Shown piece by piece: positions 1-13,700 of a stretch of DNA of 64,000 bases (its first letter is position 1; each line of letters opens with the position of its first letter). This DNA comes from Eutreptiella sp. 'Long Island Sound 2002' (Eukaryota > Protista > Euglenida): NCBI GenBank assembly GCA_964036045.1, contig OZ038378.1:190526001-190590000 (forward strand), in the 5' to 3' direction. Position numbers and translations under genes: made by a program. The notes beneath the pieces were generated by a model. That model was not told the DNA's origin. It did not search any database and worked only from the letters and a program-made list of their open reading frames with translations.

Positions 1-508
1 GCAATCACCATGAGTCTGGCCAGCACCGTTTGCATACGCACACCGCGCGGCATGGGCGCCTCTTGGCACGAGAGGGGGCAAGGGTGAACGGGGACCGCGG
101 GTCTGAAGCAGCACCCGAACGCCTGCAGGGCACGGCAGCGACATCCATGCAGCGCCTGGGGCCTGAAAGCAGCGCCCTCGCACGCACGCGCGCACACACG
201 CACCCCGCATTGCCGATGCACCGGACGTGTGGCTGCCACAACACCCATGGCAGTGTGCCGGGCACCGGCCCGGCAATCCCGAAAGGCCCCGCACGGAAGG
301 CGGGGGGTTGTTTGCAGGCTGCACATTCGTAGCGTTGTGGGCGCCGGGTGAACTCCAGGATCGCCCCGCCTCGAGCCATGGCACTGGCTGCCCTTGGCAA
401 GCCCAGGCCGTGGCTTCGCACTGGATGAGCAGCTGCACAGGGTCTGGTCCTGGTGTGGGGGTGGGCGAACAAGCCCTCAAGCCCTCCAGTGCACCATCTC
501 AGGGTACT

Positions 509-710
509 TCATGTGTCACGGTGAAAGGCGCCCATGGCATTGTCACTGAAGAGCTTTTTGTTCTGACTGTTGTTGCTTGGCAGCCTGTGCCTTGAGAGGT
601 AAGGGTTAGCATCCACACGTCTGTGTCCCTCAGCGGGGGGCCAGGCACCGGTAAGTTGGGGCGCCGGGCTGCTGATCCGTACCATTTTCCTTCCGGAATG
701 TCCTGTCCTC
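509..710 (-). CDS. Probable terminal coding exon of a multi-exon host gene (RRTGHSGRK...AMGAFHRDT*), function unknown
   Basis: Minus-strand AG acceptor (gcgtgcaaag|) at 711-712, then an open frame to TGA at 509; low-complexity S/P/R protein typical of host exons; no recognisable domain. Confidence 0.5.
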
Positions 711-3700
711 CTTTGCACGCACGCATACACAACCCCTGAGAATGTGCAGTTGCACTGGCCTGCCCGTGCTCTTGACCCCCAGGGCCAGAGCTCCCCCCCC
801 CGCTTCATTGTCTGCACGACCCCGATAGGAATCAGTTCTGTATGGCCGAATGAGTGCCCTGAGCCCCCTCAAGCGGAGCTGTCTCCACCAGTGTGGTTGC
901 ATGCATGCAGTGAGTATCTGGCAGATGCTGCGCCCATTATCTTCATGACATTCAACAGTCTACATTGCCCCCGGGCTGCATGCAGAATGTACCATACCAA
1001 CACCAATGCGCTGTACATACCCGAATCACACCAATACTGTTGCAGTGGAAATGATGATTGTGCCCCATTGGCTGTCTGCCACCCTGGTCCCCGTCGCCCT
1101 CCCCCCCCCTCCCCCGCAAAGTGACTCGTTCACATGTTGTGGCAAAGCCAACTCCAGAAGGGCGCTCTGCGCGCAACCAGCCCTCCTCACCTCCATGAGT
1201 CCATTGCGGCCGGGCGCAGGGTATGTTTGGCGGATCATTTCAAGGAAGGCAATGGCCTACTCAGGTCTGAGACCCCAATGTAAACGAGTTGCATGACAGC
1301 GAAGGGCTAAGGACTGACAGAAAACAAGGATTGTCCACCGGCCCACTGGCTCTTCCATTGCTCGGGGCACAGCACGACTCAACGTGGCGGTGCCGCTGCG
1401 TACCTTTGATCTGCGTTATATAACAAGGTGCTCCGCATCAGACAACACGGTACAGCACAAGGCATGTGTCGGGCACAGCGCTGTGCAACGGGATGCAGCA
1501 CCACCGCATGTGCCCTCATTATAGCCCCCCCCCACCCCCACCCCTTGTCAGCGATTATGGGGCGCTGCATTGCCTCTGTGATGCTTGCGCCCCCTCCCTC
1601 TCGATGTATGAGGAAAATAAACCCGCGACTTGGGAAGGCTTGCTTCCCTGCATGCTTGTAGAGAATCCCCATCACCGCAGGGGCTTGTGGCCCCCCTCCC
1701 CTGCCCTGTCAGTAGTTCGTCCCTTTGCACACGGGGGATGAGCGGGGGGTCATCGCGCTGCTGATGGGGCTGCTCAAGGGGAGGGGCAGGCTGCGACCTC
1801 ATTGCGTGCAAACCGCAACAGCCGAAGCTGTCGAGATCGAAGGACCGCCCGCAGCAACGCACTATCGAGTGTTGTGTGACGGCGTGCCGTGCAAAGTCCT
1901 ACTCAATGATAAGAGCCGGTCCCTACAGACCAGCATGTCAGATCATCACGGCCCATAGCTTTGCCATGACTCCGCTCCCCTCAAGTACCCCGTGAACTTG
2001 TAGATTAGCGGAAGTCCAAAACAGGAATATGAGAGCCGGTGCTCTTTTTCGCGTGCATTCCCTTTGCTCAGCACACCCTTTGAGGCCCTCTTTGGTGTTC
2101 CCTCTCAATGTTGAGGGTCTTCGTGCCGTTTCAGTGCACCCCTTGGTGCGTGCCTTAGGTCCGAAGAGCCTTTGTGGCATGGCAGCTTTGCAGTACTCAA
2201 TTATGCATATATTTGTGAGAGGCAGGTGGCAACAGCCGACTAATGTACTCACCCTATTGGCTTGATGTCTGCACAATTCCAGGTTGCTACTGAGTATCTT
2301 TCCCAAGGATTGATTCTTCGATCACCTCAGAAGGTCAGCCCCCCTGCCCCCCCCCCTCCTAAATGCGACATATCTCCATGTGAGATCTTCACTTCCCTCT
2401 TTCCCCTTCCTTCCATTAGCCAGGCTCTTCGTTTTCATTGCTCCTGTGAGGCATCCCGTTGGCAAAATTCTTGCATTTCTTATTTTCGTCTATCAGGCAG
2501 GGGGATTGGTTCTGCCTGAATTTGATGCCAGGATAGCTTGGAGCTTCCCTGCAGCAGACACAGCCCAAGCATTGGGCGTCGCGAGTCCTCATGTTGTGAC
2601 AGTTTGGGGGGCACCTGGACAGATGTTGTGGAGCTGTTCACTGCGGATTACAAGGATTAATGTCTGCAGATTCAGATTGTAGCTCCCTCTCAGAGAAATG
2701 CAACCACGCTGGGAGAGAAGCATGGTCATAAGGATCCCCCTTAGCAGCCTTCACCAACGCAAGCTGCCTAAACGGATTTTGCTTGGGCGCAGCAGCTCTT
2801 GCTGCAATGCGATGCATCTGATTCCAGAAAATGTCTACGTTTTGGTATTGGCTGCAGGTCTTCGGCACCAATGGATCTTCCAGAGGCAGAGAGTGTTGAC
2901 GGCAACACTGCTGATGTGGATGTAGAGACTGGGAACCGTTTGTCAAGTGGCTGACTGTAACATACCAATGGTTTGTACATAGGCCTGGAACAAAACATAC
3001 TGGGTAGAATATGCGCTACATATGCTCTAGGGCACTGGCATAGATCTGCATGGTAGCGCACACTTCCCAGCCGCAGCACACAGATCGCACTTGTAATGCA
3101 CAACACACATACAGGGGACCACACGAGCACTACACCCAGAACTACTCCACACTGCATCGTTGGTGCAGCTTGGCGATTACATGTACACACATGCGTTGTA
3201 ACTTATTTTGACATTGATGACTGAGCAATTATGAGGGACACGTCAGTCTGGGTTCGGATCAAAAAGAACAGGTTGCACCCTGCATTGTTGATGCATTTAC
3301 TGCACACCCAGACCAGAGTGCTAAATAGCATCCCTACCCCACCAAAAAGTACAGCCTGCCACACCCTTGGAACTTGTTTACCAACCGAGCCTCCACTCTT
3401 GGTCCTAGTTTATGTGGTGCTTATTTGATTGTTAGCTGGTGTTTGTTATGGCAAGCAGTTGTTCACCTGCAGGACGCTGCCACTCCATGGCCATCCAGTT
3501 CTCCACACGCTGTGTTTGCTTGGTGGTGCTGTGCTGGACAGGTAATCTTCTTTGTTGTTGCACATTAATTCACCGACACAACCATTCTACCACCGGCTGC
3601 AATACTTTCCTCATCAAGTGCCTGCTACCATCTTTTCTTTGGCCACCCTTCCCCTGTCAAGGCATTGACCTCGATGGGGCTGCAACGGATCAGCCTTGAA

Positions 3701-4055
3701 GATGGATGGAAACGGAAGGCGGAATCTGAGATCCACTGCACTGGGGATTGGAATGGACGGGGCATGGTGCGGTCTGTCCCTGCTGAAGGGGCCGCTTTTG
3801 AGACTGGCTTCCCCAGGGCTGAAGACTGGTTTGGGCATAGGCATCATCGGCCTCTGGGCAGTTACGCCCGTGTGGTGCCGAGGAATGGATTTGCGAATAT
3901 GACACATACTATGTAAGGAGGTGGCCATGAGATGGTGACAAGGGGGGTGACGATGGTTTTCAACCTCTACATACATTTTAGTCAGGTCCACTTGCTGCTG
4001 AGTGTGCCTCCTCTGATCTAGGGCTTCCGGCCTGCTCTTAGGCCTGCTGATCTAG

Positions 4056-4766
4056 GGGGGCGCCCTTAGCGCAGGGCGTGCGCACTGCAACTATTTGGGC
4101 ATCTAGCCATATTGGAGACCCATACTTTGTGACACTAGGGGCATCATTGTTGCCCCTAGCATAGGTTTTGGATTTTCACCCACTTTCACCCATTTCCACC
4201 CCTTTTCACTTTTTTTTTTGCTCATCTTCACCATGGACTCCCTAACTTTGGTGTGGGCCCTTGAGTTGGGGTGATGGACTCCCACGCTTTGGCGTGGCCC
4301 CTGGAGTTGACGTGACGGATTGCCTGGGTTTTGCTTGACCACATTCGAACGCCCTATGCGAGGCTGCATCCCTGCTGATGAGGAAGCGTGGTTATACCAC
4401 AAGTTGAAAACAGAGGTTGACGTGGATTCCCTCCCGCAAGAAACTTTGCCCCCCGGTCCAGTTGAGGATGGGATGGACACATACGCGGCTTTGGGACTAG
4501 CTGGTAGGGTGAGTGAGCTTTCAATTGAACAAAAAAGAGGATATGTGTGTGGCTTTCTGCATTTTGCATGATGTCTTATATAAAGTGAAGGTAGCCTGCA
4601 TTTGACTTGAGCTAGGGTAGTTTGAGTGACTTAAATTTCAGGGAATTTGGGTAGCTAGGGTGGCCTAATTTTGAGGGTGTTTGGAAGGGGTTGGTATGGG
4701 GGTTCTTCATAGGGGAATCTAGTCTACAAGTAGCGCGCAGTGCGCGCGCAGTGCCAGGGTTCCCCC
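4056..4766. mobile_element. Non-autonomous TIR element (MITE-like, tentatively PIF/Harbinger-type), copy 1
   Basis: Starts GGGGGCGCCCTT and ends ...GGGTTCCCCC (degenerate TIR); flanked by TAG at 4053-4055 and 4767-4769; near-identical internal sequence to 7296-8045. Confidence 0.6.
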
Positions 4767-6165
4767 TAGGGCTCTTGCTGCTCCTTGACACATGGCTAAC
4801 AGTTAGCTTTATCCCAAAAGCAATCTCAAGCCTGCACTCCGTATATCACTCCGTTGATCTGTCCAGACAGTGCTGTGAGGACCAGACTCCTCTGCTCATG
4901 TGTGATAGGGGTTGGCCTCCAAAGTCTGCACTTCATACCTCCCGAAAAAATATGCGAATTCTTGCACACCTCGTACCCCCCTCCCCCCTTGTAATAGCCA
5001 CACCCTTGTCCAAGCTACAGTACGCGTAGCGTCCGTATTGATTTGGTACCCAATTTTAATTTGGTACCAAATGTAGTGCAGCCACATAGTGCTGCCCGAG
5101 GTGTGTGGGGAAAGGCCCATGTCTTTGCCGGGAAGTTTCTACTTTACAAGAAACCACATGCAAGGCAATTTCATTTGCAAGAACTTGAAATTGCCCGAGC
5201 CCAAACCAGCCCCTAAACTTCGGGCAAAGGCATCTTCAAAGGCATCTTCAAGTGGTGAGCATGTTGTTCCGCATGGTGTATGATCGCAAGAAGGGTTTCC
5301 AAAGAAACATTTGTCGGCTTCCCATGCCTCATTGCTTGTGGGAACATGGGTGTGAACCTGAAGTTTCATGTTTCAAATACTTTCTTGTGTTTACATGCCT
5401 TTGGGAACGTGGACGGAGGTTAAGGTGCACTCATACCATGCACTTACTCAGGTGTGTGTCGGTAGGTGTATGTGTTGCGCGCAAGCCACGCCCTTGTCGA
5501 AGCTACAGTAGGTGTAGGGACCGTACTAATTTGGTACTTTTGCGTAGCTATTGCAAGGGGGGAGGAATATACTTGCAATCTGGCACACTTTGTGTTTGGT
5601 GATGTATTGCCACATGGATTTGCCCTTGCTCCTCCACACTTCAACTTCCCCTGCCCAACCTTGAGCAGTCCCTTCCTTTGCAGAGCCCCAATTTGTGTGT
5701 GGGGGGGATGTTTATCTTGAGGTGCATGTGCTATTTCTTGCAGCCCCCCAAAATTGCTGGTTCAGGAATGTTGCAGGAACAGATGTAGGAACCTATCTGG
5801 ACAATGTGGCAAGTACGGAAAACAGGGGCACACCGGGAAACAGTTGTATGCACATTCAAAAAATGTTTGTCACCTTCAATTGATCCGTACACAGCAAATC
5901 GAAAGAGCCAACTCTCCCTACAAAGACATGTAGTTCAGATGGATCTCCTTGTCATATTGCCTTCATGATTTGTGACTCCTTGTTTAGAAGTTTGTTGAAA
6001 AAAGATTTGTGATCCCTTGTTTATGGTAGAGACAAGTTTTCACTCTGATGACCCTGCTGCTCCCACTCCCCCTCTTCCAGTGGGATTAATGGAGCCTTCA
6101 AATGAAAAAAACTTGAAGAGTTTCGTTCTCAGGTTCTACTGCTTTGAAAGATGTGGCTCTAGACT

Positions 6166-7150
6166 GGGGGCGCACTTAGCGCAGTGCAACTATTTTGTGT
6201 TGCCGTACTAGAGACCCATACTTTGTGGGGGTGTTGCTTGATCCGTGCGCGCACCATGCATACTTTTGGGTATTGTTTATTACCCAGATCCACAACGCCT
6301 GATTTTTTTCCACAAAATTGGGTTCTTCATATGGTTGTTGTGGATGTAGGACAGCTTTTCAGCTGTTGGTTGACCATTGGTTGCCCCCTTTTTGAAAATT
6401 TCCTTTTCCAAATTTGTCTTTCTTTCTATTAAACAGTGCATTCTGTTGGCTGAGTGCTACGGTAAGAGGGGAGGGGTTCTTCGCCGAGAAGGGGTGGTGC
6501 GAGACGACACCGTGGCACTCATAGGGTCTGAGAGAGCGTGGTGGTGACTGCACTGAAAATAAACCCCTCTCTGTACGTCTTGTCCCCGCCCGCTTGGGCA
6601 CAACCCTTCACTGTGCGGGGGAAGGCTTTTATGCATCAGGCCAGGCATATTTCCCTGTTTCTGTACAACCAGATAAACTTAAAATGGTTGCAACCTGACC
6701 TTTGGAATGCCAAGTCTTCGTGCAGAATTTCAGTTTAATTCTAGTGTACTAGCAAGAGCTGCAAGGTGCAGAAATTAGGACCCTAGGACCCGTGACAAGC
6801 ATCAGAACAAAAAATAAAAATTCCTGGTATGCCTACAAGGGCTGCAGGGTGCAAAAATGGGGACCCAAGGTGTGGTTCTGTGGGGCATGTTCAACGGGGT
6901 AGAAGCTGGGTGCATATTGCATAAACACTGAACCGTGCATGCACCGTGCACACACCGTGCGACAACTCCCCCTGTGATACTAGGGGGGCATCATTATTGT
7001 TTGAGAGTAGGTTTTGATATTTCTTCGACATTGGGGATATGGCATTTTTTTGATTTTCACCTAGTTTCACCCATTTCCACCTTTTTTTTATACACTTTTT
7101 TGCTCATTTCCACCACATCCACTCTTTCCTAGGTTGATTTCTCCCCACCA
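6166..7150. repeat. Partial/degenerate copies of the same MITE family
   Basis: GGGGGCGCACTTAGCGCAGTGCAACTATTT at 6166 and an internal-segment match (tgtgatactagggg...tttcacccatttccacc) at ~6975-7100. Confidence 0.45.
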
Positions 7151-7295
7151 TGGGACCTCGAGAAGGCAGAGGTGACGTATCCATGTTGTTTTCCCCCCCA
7201 AGCAGGCGCGGCTGATGTTGGACCTCAAGATCATGATCAAGGCCGAGGGACAATGCAACATCCTCTCCAAGTGCTATATCACGTCCAAGTACTAT

Positions 7296-8045
7296 GGGGG
7301 CGCCCTTAGCGCAATGCGCGCACAGTGCGGGCGCAGTGCAACTATTTGGGCGTCTAGTCGTACTGGAGACCCATACTTTGTGATACTAGGGGCATCATTG
7401 TTGCCCCTCCATTGTTGCATAGGTTTTGATGCTTGTTCCACATGGGGGATATGGCATTTTTGAGTTTTCACCCACTTTCACCCATTTCCACCCCTTTTCA
7501 CATTTTTGTTGCTCATCTTCACCATGGACTCCCTAACTTTGGTGTGGGCCCTTGAGTTGGGGTGATGGACTCCCACGCTTTGGCGTGGCCCCTGGAGTTG
7601 ACGTGACGGATTGCCTGGGTTTTGCTTGACCACATTCGAACGCCCTATGCGAGGTTGCATCCCTGCTGATGAGGAAGCGTGGTGATACCACAAGTTGAAA
7701 ACAGAGGTTGACGTGGATTCCCTCCCGCAAGAAACTTTGCCCCCCGGTCCAGTTGAGGATGGGATGGACACATACGCGGCTTTGGGACTAGCTGGTAGGG
7801 TGAGTGAGCTTTCAATTGAACAAAAAAGAGGATATGTGTGTGGCTTTCTGCATTTTGCATGATGTCTTATATAAAGTGAAGGTAGCCTGCATTTGACTTG
7901 AGCTAGGGTAGTTTGAGTGACTTAAATTTCAGGGAATTTGGGTAGCTAGGGTGGCCTAATTTTGAGGGTGTTTGAAAGGGGTTGGTATGGGGGTTCTTCA
8001 TAGGGGAATCTAGTCAACAATAGCGCGCAGTGCAAGGGCGCCCCC
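7296..8045. mobile_element. Non-autonomous TIR element (MITE-like), copy 2
   Basis: Perfect inverted termini GGGGGCGCCCTT ... AAGGGCGCCCCC; ~600 bp nearly identical to 4150-4740; TSD not clean. Confidence 0.7.
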
Positions 8046-10749
8046 ACTGCCATCAGCTGCTCTTTTCCAACCAGGCATAGCAAATCAACACATTGCTTTT
8101 TTTGCTTTTGAATCTTGATAGAGTTGTAAGTAGCCCATCGCTACTTTGCAACAAGAGCCCAACGCGCGAGTCATTTCCGCTACCTAATATACAACTAATG
8201 ATGGCCATTGGCTGCGCATAGAGTGACATTGTATTCTGGTTTCGCTTGGGGGTTTTCTTCCACAACCACAACAGATTAATTTAAGCTGCAACCGATAGAC
8301 CGTGCTTGAGGAAGGAATCGGAAGAAGGAGAATGCACGTGGTTGGGAGACCTGAATGGCGGGATACCAAATGAATTCCAAAAATTTTGCAGTCCTTGACA
8401 GATTGTTGGGACCGTGTATCAGTGAAGCACCGGAAAGTCAATGCAAGATTCTTCGCACATGATAACCACTGAAAGGTTGGAAGGGATGCACAGCCCTGTT
8501 CAAGCCTCCTTTTTGTAGATATTCTTCGTGAAGCATCGTTAAAGCCACCAAGCTAAGATGGCATTTCGGTGTCAATCCTTCAAAGGCTTCTGATTGAGCT
8601 TGTAATAAAGATGTTCAGTACAATACAACTCGGGTTGTAGACAGGAGTTGCACTGTCCATTTGGATTGAATGCCTAGTGATCATGATAAGCATAGCCTGA
8701 GGACCATCACAAATATATGGCTCAGTGACGTCTTCTTCAAAGAACTTGAAGAAATTTTGAAACAATGTGCACCCATCTTCCTCATAGAACTTGAAGATAT
8801 TTTGCAACATTGTGCACCCATCGTGGCGTGGCCATGATTCCGCTTCTGATGGGTCCATTTACAGGACGGGCAGATGCACAAAAAAAAGTGCACCCATCGG
8901 GGAAACACTTGATGTGGCAGTTGTCCAGAAAAGCGCTGCTGACAGGCAGCCACTGGTTTCCAGGGTTATGGGCAGTGCACCCCATCTCGAGCATTTTTAT
9001 CACCATATGAAATCATATGAAAACTAGTAACCCCCATATGAAAATATGATATCCCGTAAAAATTACTAGAGCCAATGTGGGTTCCGAATGTAGTGATGTT
9101 TGTTGCTTACCCACGAGAACACCTGATGTTCCACTTTAACCCTGATACGGCAGGCATTTTGTGGCCACATCTTCTGACCTGGTGAGTGGCTTTTCATGCA
9201 TGGTGATCATGGGGTTATTTCTGGGTAAAATGGTTGAAAAGGTGAACACGGTGCGCATGATGTGCAAGTGACGACCCTCCCACGCAAAAGACCAAAAGAC
9301 TGAGAATGACTGGTCCTCCGGCATCTTCCTCTGCGTGCAAGAATGGAGTGCGGTGTAGTTGATGGAGTGGGATCAGCTTAGGCGAGCTGTACCCAGCAGA
9401 AGTTTGGATTCCAGAGAGCGCCTACCTATCTTGTGTAGACCACAGCGTTGCCATGCAAAGAAAATAGGCTGAAAGATAGGGTTTCAAGCCCATTGCGTAC
9501 ACTACTGAATGCCATAAGTTTCAACTGCTGTCATTGTTGCATATGCATACCAGGACATGCCTGTGTGGAGGGCTTTGTGACCTGCTTGCGGCCCCATACA
9601 ACGGACCATGTTTGTAAAAGGGCCATCTCTTGTACAGAATAAAGCATTAAAACAAGCATCACTTTTCTTCTCTGAGGAGTAGACCAGAAACATTATATTG
9701 AGGCTACGGATTCATACAGTGGATGCTTGTTCTTTGAGTCGCATATCAGACTCCACATACTCCTGTACTATCTGATAGGCGTTGTAATTTTCTTCCAACT
9801 TGTGGAAACCACTACAGCTGCTTGCTGTAGTGATTTGCCGGGGAACAATAGACGTGGGGTGTGCAAGAGGGGTAGATAAGGCCAGGTGCACAAGTAGCAC
9901 AATGAAAGTTTACGATGAGGCATCCGTAGGATGAGAGTAAGGACAAGTGAGAAGGGCAAGTGTGGGGCACGTTAGCCTTCATTGAAGTAGAAGTAGATGT
10001 GTATGATGAGTTGTGAATGGGGGAGCACCTGATGCGGCACCCAGTGTGGATATTTAGACATATAGCCTGACCCAGCACTTGTACTAGCCGGTAGCCACGT
10101 AGAACAAGCTGTAGTTTGCGTCACTAGTAGCCAACCATGCACTTTGGGGAATCACCAAACCACATCTCAAACGGGATGGGGATGAGGCCGAACTCTTATG
10201 GACTTCTCCGGAACTGCAAGGTGGTACCCGGGATGGCGTGGGTGAATGGATGTCTGCCCTTCGAGATGTAGCAAAGGCTTGCCCCTGCAGCATTACACCA
10301 TGGTTTATAGCATGCGATCTACCCGGCAGCAGCTACGTGAATGCACGGGGCATGGCCAAGCAACCACGAAAGCAAACATAACCTACCCCCCCCCCCTGCC
10401 AATGCCCCCCCCCCTCCATGCCAACATTGCTGCATATGCATACCAGGCCGTGTATGTGCAGAGCGCTTCTTGACCTGCGTGCGGCCCCCATGCCAATGGC
10501 CCCCCCTTCGGGAATGAAGAATGTTGGCCCCGCGAAGGGTTTCTTGTTGAAGAATCCCAAGTTTTGGCTTATTCTGTGGCTGCAAAGTGTTGCCAGTTGG
10601 AGATGCAAAATTATGTTGGTCATGAAGGGGAAGTATATCATGGATGGAAGGGCTTGTGGTCTTTGTTTGAACAATATTGCATATTGCATGTTGCCCGTGT
10701 TGGAGCTTCCTGAGTCCGGGGGCTTCCAAACCCTAGAGAGCTAGCGTGT

Positions 10750-13700
10750 CCGTTGATTTTATAGGAGCTACCTAGGCCTAGGCCGGGATGCTGACAACTA
10801 GAGAGTGCTTTGTATGCACAAAAGGTGAGTAGCCAAAAAATGGAAGGAAGTGAGACGACAACCAAAAGATGTGCGCCCTAGCAGGGATGTATCCAAACAA
10901 TGCCCCAACAAGATGCACGGGCGAGATGATAACACTCGGAGCCAATGGACCCCCCTCCTACATGCCAATGCCCCCCCCACCCGGAAAGAAGAATCATGGC
11001 CCCCCCTGTCAATGCCCCCCTCCCCCACTTTGGGAAAGAAGAATTCTGGTCCGGGCCATTGCCAACTGTTGTTTTCGAGGAACGAAAGTTCTGCTGTAGC
11101 TTGTGTGTATTACAGGCTATTTAAATTGCCTTCTGTCTTTTGTGCCATGAGTCAGTTCAAGCATGCGACGGCAGCGTCGACGGATGTAGACTGGTCTTGG
11201 GAACGGTTGATCTCAGAGCAGCATGACATTCTGGACGTGGCCTGGTCGGCACTCGTGGCCCAGCCAAAATTGGCAATGAAGATTCCAGCGAAACATCGGG
11301 CGACAGTCCTACTTGCAGGTTCAGCCACGTGGACCTCATGCAACAGGGTGAACACGACCTCTCTTGCCCGCATCTTTTTTGATCAGCTCGGAGTCACAAT
11401 GGTGAATAGCTCTTTCTCATACTACCGGGACGCGCTGCTGTTTGGTATGGTGCTGAATTGGGGGCTGGAGGTGCAATCTTTGGACCTCACCACCGAACAG
11501 TTGGCTGCTGCTTTTGCTTTGGCTCAACGGCTGGCTGTGAGGCCACCGCCATCAGCAACTCAAACGCCCATGGCGACAGACGGGGGCCAGGAGTACACAG
11601 AAGCAGGGGAGCAAACCCCTGACCCGTCGCAGAAGGTGCGTTACGATGCCCTGACCATAAAAAATGCTAAGACCATTCGCAAACGCACAGGTACGACCAG
11701 ATGGACCCAGAAGCTCGCAAAAGCCCTGGAACATTATCTGAAGGCACAGCGTGAACTGCCGGAGGAGGAGTACACTCCAGGACAACCGGCGCTAGAAATG
11801 CAACTGCAAATCGGTGAGGAGCTCGCGGCTCACGTGTGGTCCATCATACTGGATTGTGATGATCCGGGGAAAAAGGCGCTGAAGTCAGCGGACAAACACA
11901 AGAAGAAGAAGGAGAAGCTAAAGAGGGAGCACCACAAGAAAGGCAAAGGCAGGAGCCGTGGGTCCCGAAAGCACCTCTCCGACTCGTCAGGTTCCGAAGA
12001 GGACTCAAGCACCAGCTCCAGCGACTCGTCATCCTCGTCATTGTCAGGGGAGACTCCACGCAAAGGTGCGTCACGCAGCGCCGGCGCATCGTCCTCCTGG
12101 TCGCCAGCGAAGCCCACAATGGTCATCATTGATGGCAAGGAGCACTTCCGCGGAAAGACAAGCAACAATCTGATAGACTGTTCACGTCCGCCCCAAACAA
12201 AGTGCCGGTTTTGCAAAGCCCATCACTGGTTCTGGGATGGTCCGGCCTACGGGTGCCCGGGGCCGAAGTCCAAATGACTACCCCGTATGAAGAGAGCTGG
12301 TCGCTGGGGGCGTGGCGCCCGGAAATTCCTCTGGGCAGTCGACCAGCTGGAGGCAGCAGTTGCAGGCGACTATGCAAGTTCCTATGCAACAACGGCAGTG
12401 TGCGGACTCGGCATCGCATCGGTCAAAGGATACCTGCAATAACTACGAAGAGTGCGCTACAGGCTCGCCAAGCATCCGGGTGAATCATTGCGCAAAGCGC
12501 TCGACGAGCAGCTGCTCTAGAAGGTCCAGCAAGAGCACACAGAGTCAAACAGCAAAAAACCATTGCCAACGGGGGGATGGCCATTGACAGGGGATGGTCA
12601 GCCGTGGAGCCTCTTGTTCTGTCGGCGCCGAAGGCACTGTGCCGCACGACCCTTAGGGAAGCAATGGCGGGCTTAGTTGCCTGTAGCCCAAGGCCAATGC
12701 TCCTAAATATGCACTCTCTTTCTCCGCATCTTACATGGGAATAGATGTGGTTTGTTATGATGCAAATAGAGCCCGAAAGAGGGTCACAAGCTTCCCTTTC
12801 AACATTTGACAAGCTAGCAAGGAGTCAAGGTCATGGTGTCCGCGTACACAGACACCAATTACTTCTGGTTGATTCACATTGGGGGAGTACTTGTGCCACA
12901 CGTCACTTTTGCAGCGAGTGCATCCGGAACGCCTTGGTTTTTACCACCCTCCCCAAAAATTGGCACCTAAGGAGAGCAGATGCATTGGCCACAACACTTG
13001 TGTAGACACCCCTCCTTCGCACAATCAAGAGAACAATGTAATCAACTGCTTTGCTTGCTTGAAGGGCGACTGGTCACGTGATGTGTGTGCCAATTGGCAT
13101 GACCATTGGCAACCCGAGAGACCCTATAGTTGAGGATACCGACTGTGTTTTTCAGTTGATTGTCTGTGACACATAATGGGTAGGAGCATGGACCCTGATC
13201 CCCGAAGAATGAAAAAGATGAACCCACTTGAGTGATGTGCATGCTATATGTTGAAGGGACACAACCTAAACCAATATCTTAATTTTCAATTTTTCATATT
13301 TGAAAGGGTCCATATATTAACCTCCAAAAATTAATGTGTTATCCTCAATTTGGGTGATTTTGGGTCATTTGCACCCCTGTTTCCATGCACATACCCCGTC
13401 CTCTAGTGGTTCTTATGTGGTACATTGTTGCACAGCGGAACGGTAGAGGGGTTCCATTGCTATGTGGTTGGGTATGTAGGACATCCCCCCCTCGGCGGGC
13501 CCCCCACCCACCTCACTCCACACCACTCTTTTCCCTTGTGAAGCTCTTGTTGTGGCTTTCTCTCGGGTCATTATTCTCGAGCTAAGCACAACGCTTACGC
13601 GTTTGAGTGGTGCCACGAGTTTGTGTGACTCTCGCATCTTGCAACTCCTTGGCGAGGGGGTGGCTTCCTCCCGTTTGGCTCAGGCCAGATGGTCCGAGGC

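Larger units (their letters stand above)
509..10290 (-). other. Fragmented intron-rich host gene, minus strand; candidate exons near 755-880, 1140-1260, 1690-1860, 3660-3990, 8060-8230, 8580-8860, 9170-9400, 9715-9840, 10090-10260
   Basis: Series of short protein-like minus-strand ORF segments (e.g. SGFHKLEENYNAYQIVQEYVESDMRLKEQAS; DGCTLFQNFFKFFEEDVTEPYICDG) separated by repeat-containing spacers; exact splice sites and gene unity not resolved. Confidence 0.4.
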
